Of a DNA stretch of 64,000 nt, positions 57,847 to 64,000 are shown piece after piece. The stretch is taken from assembly GCA_965228895.1 (NCBI GenBank), contig OZ245842.1, forward strand, positions 2,336,001-2,400,000, in the 5' to 3' direction. This stretch comes from Alphaproteobacteria bacterium (GTDB lineage Bacteria; Pseudomonadota; Alphaproteobacteria; SP197). The stretch's first letter is position 1; each line of letters opens with the position of its first letter. Position numbers and translations under genes: made by a program. The notes under the pieces were generated by a model. That model was not told where the DNA came from. It did no database searches and saw only the letters and a list, made by a program, of their open reading frames with translations.

Positions 57847-59111
57847 AGAGGCTCCAGGTAGAGCATTGGATCGACCGCCTCCGAGCCCTTCCTGATCTCG
57901 AAGTGGGTCTGCGGCCCGCCGACACCGCCAGTGGTCCCGACGCTCGCGATGACCTGGCCGCGTATCACCCGCTGACCGCGCGCGACCCGGACATCCGCGT
58001 TGTGGGCGTAGGCGGTGACCCAGCCGTCGCCATGGCGCAGCAGCACGAGATTGCCGTAACCGTCCAGTTCGTCGCCGACATAGGCGACAACGCCGTCCTC
58101 GGCGGCGAAGACCGGCGTTCCGGCCGGTGCGCTGATGTTGATGCCGTCGTTATGCAGGCCGTTGTCCTTGGGCCCGAAAGACGACAGAACCGGTCCGGTC
58201 ACCGGCCAGGAAAACTTGCCGCCCGTGCGCGCGGGGATTTCCGCAACGTTGACCGGACCGGCGGTAACCGCCGGCGCCACGGGTTTCGGTTGCGGCAATG
58301 GCACGCCGGCCACGGTAAAGGGTGCCGGCGGCGGCTCGGGCGGCGGCGCTTCGACCACGACCGTGGTTTCCTCAGGCGCGACGCTCGGTGTCGTCGGGGT
58401 TGTTGGTGTTGTCGGCGCCGGAACCGAACCGTCACCGGCCGGCAACACCAGACGCTGACCGACAAAAAGTTGATAGGGCTGATTCAAACCGTTGGTGCGG
58501 ACCAGTTCACTGGTGGTGATGCCGTAGAGGCGCGAGATGCCGTAGATCGACTCACCGCCGCGCACCACATGGGTACGCTGTGCCGGCAGTCGCACGGTCT
58601 GACCGATCAACAGATGGTATGGCGGCACAAGATTGTTGGCCTGGATGATGTCGCGCACCGCGATGCCGTAGCGGCGTGACAGCGCATAGACCGTATCGCC
58701 CGCCTCGACCTTGACATCCTGACCTTCCGGCATGGACGGCGGCGCCAGCACGAGCTCCTCATCGACAAAGACGGCCTGCGGCTCGGGCTCCACGATCACC
58801 TCGACAGGCGGCGCCGGTTCGGGTTCGGCGATGATCACAACGGTGCTCGGCTCGCTGCCGGGTTTGTAGGCGGGTAATGGCGGCGCCGAGGCACCCGCAA
58901 TCGTGGTGCCCGGTTTCGGCTGCGGTAGTGGCACTGCCGGTTCGGCGGCCGCACTGGGCGTAGCAGGAGCGGATGTGCCGAACGCCGATTCGACATAGGG
59001 CACGGGCGGCGGACCCTGATTACAGGCCGCCAGCGCCACACAAGCCAGCAGAAGGACCAATCCCCGCCGAATCATCTGCCCTGAGCTCCCGTCACTCGCG
59101 CGGTCGTTCAT
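57843..59111 (-). CDS. nlpD: NlpD-like lipoprotein: two LysM domains plus M23 peptidase-like domain
   Basis: LAAC lipobox, two LysM repeats, FSWPVTG, NDGINI, AYAHN, HFEIRK; surE-pcm-nlpD context. Confidence 0.85.
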   Translation of the reverse strand: MNDRASDGSSGQMIRRGLVLLLACVALAACNQGPPPVPYVESAFGTSAPATPSAAAEPAVPLPQPKPGTTIAGASAPPLPAYKPGSEPSTVVIIAEPEPAPPVEVIVEPEPQAVFVDEELVLAPPSMPEGQDVKVEAGDTVYALSRRYGIAVRDIIQANNLVPPYHLLIGQTVRLPAQRTHVVRGGESIYGISRLYGITTSELVRTNGLNQPYQLFVGQRLVLPAGDGSVPAPTTPTTPTTPSVAPEETTVVVEAPPPEPPPAPFTVAGVPLPQPKPVAPAVTAGPVNVAEIPARTGGKFSWPVTGPVLSSFGPKDNGLHNDGINISAPAGTPVFAAEDGVVAYVGDELDGYGNLVLLRHGDGWVTAYAHNADVRVARGQRVIRGQVIASVGTTGGVGGPQTHFEIRKGSEAVDPMLYLEPL

Positions 59112-59742
59112 CCCCACGCCCTTCGACCAACGGCACAAAACGTACATCCATGAATGCTTCCGTGGCGATGGTATCGCCTGTGCGTCGGATCACCATAAGG
59201 CGCTGATCCCATGTATCCTGCCCAATTGGTACAATCATAAGGCCATCGTCCTTGAGCTGGGCGACCAGGTCTTCCGGCACGGCGGTGGCCGCTGCGGTGA
59301 CGATAATGCGATCAAACGGTGCTTGTTCGGGCCAACCCTTGGCACCATCGCCCCAGCGGGTCGTTATGTTGTCGAGCCCGAGCTGCTTGAACTTCCCCTC
59401 CGCAAGACGCAGCAGATCGCGGTGGCGTTCGATCGTGTAGACCCTGCGGCACATCAGCGCCAGGATCGCCGCCTGATAACCGGACCCGGTGCCGACCTCC
59501 AGGACACGCATGCGATCGCCGATCTCCAGACGCTGGGTCATCATGGCGACAACGATCGGCTGGCTGATCGTCTGCCCCATCCCGATCGGCAGCGCGGTGT
59601 TTTCGTAGGCTTGGTCCTGCATGCCATCGGCCACGAACAGATCGCGCGGCGTGCGTTCGATCGCGCTCAGGACGCGGGCGTCCGTGATGCCTTGGCTACG
59701 CAGCTCCATCAGGAGCCGGATCTTGCGCGTCTCCGCGATCAT
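59092..59742 (-). CDS. pcm: Protein-L-isoaspartate O-methyltransferase
   Basis: GQTISQP, LEVGTGSGYQ, APFDRIIVTAA, VRFVPL. Confidence 0.95.
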   Translation of the reverse strand: MIAETRKIRLLMELRSQGITDARVLSAIERTPRDLFVADGMQDQAYENTALPIGMGQTISQPIVVAMMTQRLEIGDRMRVLEVGTGSGYQAAILALMCRRVYTIERHRDLLRLAEGKFKQLGLDNITTRWGDGAKGWPEQAPFDRIIVTAAATAVPEDLVAQLKDDGLMIVPIGQDTWDQRLMVIRRTGDTIATEAFMDVRFVPLVEGRGDERPRE

Positions 59743-60491
59743 GCAAATCGGGCCGTCAGGCTCTCCATGGTTCGGTTGTCCGTCATGTCGAGGCTGATCG
59801 GCGTGACGGCGACCCGCGCCTCTGCCAGCGCGCGCAGATCTGTCCCAGCCTCGGTCGACTCCAGATCCAGGCCCCATCCGGCCATCCAGTAGTAGTCGTA
59901 GCCAAACGGATCGGCGCGCTTGACCGGCTTCTGCTTGGAGAAGTCGTGCTGACCCTGGCGGCAAACCGAGACGCCCGCCACGTCGCCCGGTTCGACCGCC
60001 GGGAAGTTCACGTTGATCAAGACGCCCTCCGGCCAACCGACATCGAGCATGCGGCGTATGACATCCGGCCCGTGGGATCGCGCGGTGTCCCAGTGCAGGA
60101 AGCGGTCGCGGTAGTCCTGGCTGAACGCCATGGCCGGCACGCCCAGAAGCGTCGCTTCCATGGCCGCGGCCACCGTGCCTGAATAGGTCACGTCATCGGC
60201 GACGTTGCTGCCCCGGTTGACGCCCGACAGGACGAGGTCAGCCGGTCGGTCGAGCACGTGGCGCAAACCCATCATGACGCAATCGCCGGGTGTTCCGTCG
60301 ACAGCGAAGCGCCGCTCGCTCAACTTTCGCAGCCGCACCGGCGTGCGCAGCGACACCGCATGGCCTCTGCCGCTCTGCTCTGTCTCCGGCGCGACAACCC
60401 AGACATCGTCGCTCAACTCGCCGGCAATCGTCTCCAGGCAAGAAAGTCCCGGCGCGTTGATGCCATCGTCGTTGCTGATCAGGATACGCAT
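59739..60491 (-). CDS. surE: 5'/3'-nucleotidase SurE
   Basis: ILISNDDGI, GTPGDCV, SGVNRG, YSGTVAAA. Confidence 0.96.
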   Translation of the reverse strand: MRILISNDDGINAPGLSCLETIAGELSDDVWVVAPETEQSGRGHAVSLRTPVRLRKLSERRFAVDGTPGDCVMMGLRHVLDRPADLVLSGVNRGSNVADDVTYSGTVAAAMEATLLGVPAMAFSQDYRDRFLHWDTARSHGPDVIRRMLDVGWPEGVLINVNFPAVEPGDVAGVSVCRQGQHDFSKQKPVKRADPFGYDYYWMAGWGLDLESTEAGTDLRALAEARVAVTPISLDMTDNRTMESLTARFA

Positions 60492-60496
60492 GCTGG

Positions 60497-61774
60497 TCAG
60501 GCGACCTTCTCGATGCGCTCGCGGCCCGCCATATAGGGCCGCAGCACTTCGGGGATCGTCACCGAGCCGTCCTCCTCCTGATAGTTTTCCAGGATGGCGA
60601 TCAGGGCGCGGCCGACCGCGACGCCCGAGCCGTTCAGCGTGTGGACGAAACGGGTTCGTTTCTCGCCCTCCGGCCGGTACCGCGCCATCATGCGCCGCGC
60701 TTGGAAATCACCGCAGTTGGAGCAACTGGAGATCTCCCGATAGGCCTGCTGGCCCGGCAGCCAGACTTCCAGGTCAAAAGTCTTGCGCGCGGAAAACCCG
60801 ATATCGCCGGTCGCCAGCACGACGACGCGGTAAGGCAGTCCCAGCCGCTGAAGAATCTCTTCCGCGCAGTTCGTCATGCGCTCGTGTTCAGCTTCGGACT
60901 GATCGGGCGCGGTGATACTGACCAGCTCGACCTTCCAGAACTGATGCTGACGGATCATGCCGCGTGTGTCCTTGCCGGCCGCGCCGGCTTCGGACCGGAA
61001 GCATGGGGTAAAGGCGGTGTAGCGGAACGGCAGCGCCGGCTCGTCGACAATCTTCTCGCGGACCATGTTGGTCAACGTCATCTCCGACGTCGGGATCAGG
61101 TAGCGGTCATCCGTTGTCTTGAACAGGTCGTCTTCGAACTTCGGCAGATTGCCGGTGCCATAGGCAACTTCCGGGCGCACCAGAAGCGGCGTCGACGCCT
61201 CGCGATAGCCGAACTCCTGCGTATGGACGTCGAGCATGTAGAGCGCCAACGCCTTTTCCAGGCGTGCGAGTTGGTCGGTCAGCACAACGAAGCGGGAGCC
61301 CGCCAGTTCCGCTGCCGTCTCGAAGTCCATCTGCCCGAGCGCCTCGCCGATCTCGTCGTGCTGTTTGGGCGAGAATGCGAAGTTGCGCGGCTCGCCCCAG
61401 CGGCGGATTTCGACATTGTCGCTCTCATCGTCGCCGATGGGCGCGTCGGCATCCGGAATGTTGGGAATGCCAGCCAACAACGTCTCGAGCGCGTCGGCCG
61501 ATGCGCGCTCGTCGTCCTCAGCGGTCTTCATGGCGTCCTTCAGCGAACCGACTTCCGCGATCGCCTCGCTGGCATCGGCGCCGGACGACTTGGCCTGGCC
61601 AATCTGCTTCGACAACTCGTTGCGCCGCTGCTGGATATCCTGAAGCGACGTCTTGGCCGCGCGTACTTGGCGGTCAAGATCGAGAATCTGCGCAGCCAGC
61701 GGGTCAAGGCCCCGCGCCGCGCAGCCCTTGTCAAAGGCCTCCGGGTTGTCCCGGATCCAGGCAATGTCGTGCAT
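60497..61774 (-). CDS. serS: Serine-tRNA ligase
   Basis: [26 protein letters not shown]. Confidence 0.97.
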   Translation of the reverse strand: MHDIAWIRDNPEAFDKGCAARGLDPLAAQILDLDRQVRAAKTSLQDIQQRRNELSKQIGQAKSSGADASEAIAEVGSLKDAMKTAEDDERASADALETLLAGIPNIPDADAPIGDDESDNVEIRRWGEPRNFAFSPKQHDEIGEALGQMDFETAAELAGSRFVVLTDQLARLEKALALYMLDVHTQEFGYREASTPLLVRPEVAYGTGNLPKFEDDLFKTTDDRYLIPTSEMTLTNMVREKIVDEPALPFRYTAFTPCFRSEAGAAGKDTRGMIRQHQFWKVELVSITAPDQSEAEHERMTNCAEEILQRLGLPYRVVVLATGDIGFSARKTFDLEVWLPGQQAYREISSCSNCGDFQARRMMARYRPEGEKRTRFVHTLNGSGVAVGRALIAILENYQEEDGSVTIPEVLRPYMAGRERIEKVA

Positions 61775-61858
61775 CTTTCCGACCCGTGATTGAAACGGCG
61801 CCCTGTATAGGGCCCCTGCACGCCGGGGTCCACAAACTGTGCGCTCCGGTTCTATCGG

Positions 61859-62845
61859 CTAGCGCGTCGGGTTGAAGTCGGTTTCCTCGATGAAATCGTC
61901 TTCAGCATCGGCCGCTTCGTCATCGTCGCCATCGGGGTCATCACCCTCGCCTGTCGCTTCGCCGCGGCGGCGTTCAACAATGCCGGCAACCCAGATCGAG
62001 ATTTCGTAGAGCAGCAGCAAGGGGATCGCCAAGCCAAGTTGGCTGAACGGATCCGGCGGCGTGATGACGGCGGCCAGAACGAACACGCCGACAATCGCGT
62101 ATTTGCGCTTTTCCCTGAGGCCCTTGCTGGATGCCGCGCCGACTCTGGCCAGAAAATAGATAATGAGCGGCAACTGGAAGCTGACGCCGAAGGCGAAGAT
62201 CAGCTTCAGCAGCAGGTTGAAGTACTCGCTTATTCGGAACTCGGCATCGATTTGAAGCTGATCGGGCCCGGCGTCCTGCTGGAAGCTCAAGAGGAACTCG
62301 AGCGCGACCGGGAAGAACGCGTAGTACACCATCGCCGCGCCCATCAGGAACAGCAGCGGGAAGAAGAACATGAATGGCAGGACGACCTTTTTCTCTTTGA
62401 GATAGAGGCCGGGCGCCACGAAACCCCAAAGCTGCAGCACGATCATTGGCAGCGAGATGCACAGCGAGGCAAAGAAGCCGACCTTGACCAGAGTCAGAAA
62501 GGCTTCCGCCGGGCCGGTAAAGATGATGCGGAACGACTGTTCCTGGATCTCCTCGCAATTGGCGAGATCCTGGGGCGCGTTTCTGTCGGCTTCGTCCAGG
62601 ATGCCGAAGTTGAAATGCTCGACCAGCAGGCCGTCGACCCACGCGACAACGCCGGGCTCCTGGCACGAGCTTTTGACGACCACGTCGTAAAGCGGCATGG
62701 CCAGGAAGTTGTAGATGTCCTGGGCGAAATAGAAACACGGCAGGAACGCGATAACGATGACGATCGCGCTTCTGACCAACCGTTGCCGGAGCTCAACCAG
62801 ATGCTCCAGCAGCGGCAGTTTCGTGTTGTCGATATCGCGGATCAC
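61859..62845 (-). CDS. tatC: Twin-arginine translocase TatC
   Basis: LLEHLVELR, FVAPGLY..EK, FQLP, TPPD. Confidence 0.95.
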   Translation of the reverse strand: MIRDIDNTKLPLLEHLVELRQRLVRSAIVIVIAFLPCFYFAQDIYNFLAMPLYDVVVKSSCQEPGVVAWVDGLLVEHFNFGILDEADRNAPQDLANCEEIQEQSFRIIFTGPAEAFLTLVKVGFFASLCISLPMIVLQLWGFVAPGLYLKEKKVVLPFMFFFPLLFLMGAAMVYYAFFPVALEFLLSFQQDAGPDQLQIDAEFRISEYFNLLLKLIFAFGVSFQLPLIIYFLARVGAASSKGLREKRKYAIVGVFVLAAVITPPDPFSQLGLAIPLLLLYEISIWVAGIVERRRGEATGEGDDPDGDDDEAADAEDDFIEETDFNPTR

Positions 62846-63357
62846 CGCGCGCCGCCCGCCTGAGCCTTTCGCGGCTCCTCGCCGCCTTGATCGGCACCGT
62901 TCGCGGGCTTGGCCTCGCTAGCCGTCTCCGTCACGCTCGGGGTCGCGACCTTGGCCTGCGGCTCGGGCGTTGGATCAGACTTTGTTTCGGATTTCGGTTC
63001 GGGCGTCGTCGGGTCGACATCGTCGGCTGCCGACGCCGCTGCGCCATTCGCCTTGTTGGCTGGTTGACGCAACGCCTCGTCCGTCTCGGTCAGCTCTTTC
63101 TTGATCGCGCCTTTGGGATCGATGGTGTTCTGAATGGTCTTGCGCACATTCAGTTTGTCGACCCCCTTCTTGACGTCCTCAAGCTCTGCTTCCTTGACGT
63201 ACTGGTCGAGACTGCGCTGGAACTCGCGCGCCATCGAACGGGCTTTGCCCGTCCAATAGCCCACGGTTCGAAGAACCTTGGGCAGGTCCTTCGGTCCGAC
63301 GACGACCAGCAGCAGAATGCCGACCACCGCCATTTCGAACCATCCGATGTCCAACAT
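62842..63357 (-). CDS. tatB: Twin-arginine translocase TatB
   Basis: DIGWFE, GPKDLP. Confidence 0.93.
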   Translation of the reverse strand: MLDIGWFEMAVVGILLLVVVGPKDLPKVLRTVGYWTGKARSMAREFQRSLDQYVKEAELEDVKKGVDKLNVRKTIQNTIDPKGAIKKELTETDEALRQPANKANGAAASAADDVDPTTPEPKSETKSDPTPEPQAKVATPSVTETASEAKPANGADQGGEEPRKAQAGGAR

Positions 63358-63382
63358 GGCAGGTGCGCCTCAAAAAAGCGTC

Positions 63383-63640
63383 TTAGGCGACGTTCTTATC
63401 TTTGGCCGTATCGTCCGAAGCGGCGTTGTTCGTGGTGGCCGAGCCTTCAATTGTCGGCGGCTCTTCGCTCACGGTCTTGGCGGCGTCCGCCTTGTCCTTG
63501 TCTTCGTCCTTCATGCCGGTCTTGAACTCCTTGATGCCCTTGGCGAGATCGCCGGCAAGTTTCGGAATTCGGTCGCGGCCGAACAGAAGCAGGACGATGA
63601 CCAGCACGATGAGCCAGTGCCAAATGCTAAAGGTACCCAT
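63383..63640 (-). CDS. tatA: Twin-arginine translocase TatA
   Basis: [19 protein letters not shown]. Confidence 0.95.
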   Translation of the reverse strand: MGTFSIWHWLIVLVIVLLLFGRDRIPKLAGDLAKGIKEFKTGMKDEDKDKADAAKTVSEEPPTIEGSATTNNAASDDTAKDKNVA

Positions 63641-63808
63641 TTAGTGCCTCTTTTCACTCCCGATTCAGGCGCCAACGGACCGGAGCCCGAACGGCGGTTG
63701 AACCGAACATATATAGGTCTTGATCCGGGCCTGCCAGAGCAAATCTGCGCTACCACGCGCCCGGTTCACTGCATTCTAGCCTGTAATCAGGCGGTTTTGT
63801 GGTCGCCG

Positions 63809-64000
63809 TCAGCCGGCAGACCGGGGCTCCTGGCGGGTGCAGGGGAAGACAAAAACCGCATCGTCTTCGATGCGAATCCGCACATTGTCGCCAGGCGCCG
63901 GCGGCCTATCGCCGGCAATTCGGGCGCGGACTTCTTCGCCCTGGTCCAGTTTCAGGACGACCAGGCTGCTGTGACCCAGAAGGTGGTTGGCGACCACCTT
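63809..64000 (-). CDS. 3' end of a probable ABC ATP-binding protein (TOBE domain), truncated by the window edge
   Basis: LLGHSSLV..L....VRARI...PGDNVRI...VFVF TOBE-like pattern. Confidence 0.6.
   Translation of the reverse strand, partial: KVVANHLLGHSSLVVLKLDQGEEVRARIAGDRPPAPGDNVRIRIEDDAVFVFPCTRQEPRSAG

Noticed and set aside
58255-58960. Repeated VPLPQPKP and PTTP segments in NlpD
   Set aside because: Ordinary Pro-rich linkers of this lipoprotein family

Overview
High-GC alphaproteobacterial chromosome segment; gene order and content look Rhodospirillales-like. The left part (about 1-25.3 kb) is an accessory catabolic/transport region: acyl-CoA enzymes, a ThDP enzyme, a class III aminotransferase, PotD-type ABC systems, two PhyH dioxygenases, GSTs, methyltransferases, a racemase and a homocysteine S-methyltransferase. 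The right part is core backbone (map, tgt, queA, coaD, gyrA, ssb, uvrA, dcd, trmFO, secF-secD-yajC, nlpD-pcm-surE-serS-tatCBA) interrupted by small insertions: TetR plus a redoxin/cytochrome c/copper monooxygenase fusion, a patatin, and hpnCDE plus a PuuD-like gene. The strongest signal outside the ORF track is a tRNA-Lys(UUU) gene (25354-25652, - strand) split inside its anticodon, between positions 35 and 36, by a 223-nt ORF-less, Azoarcus-like group I intron with an intact core and P1/P10 pairings. Also seen: a 140-bp twin-hairpin CTAG-ended repeat family (two full copies, one degenerate), a ~200-bp patch of foreign-looking codon usage inside uvrA, and a 30-aa ORF that may be the detached N-terminal helix of the PuuD-like protein. 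All calls come from reading motifs by eye; no database searches were run.
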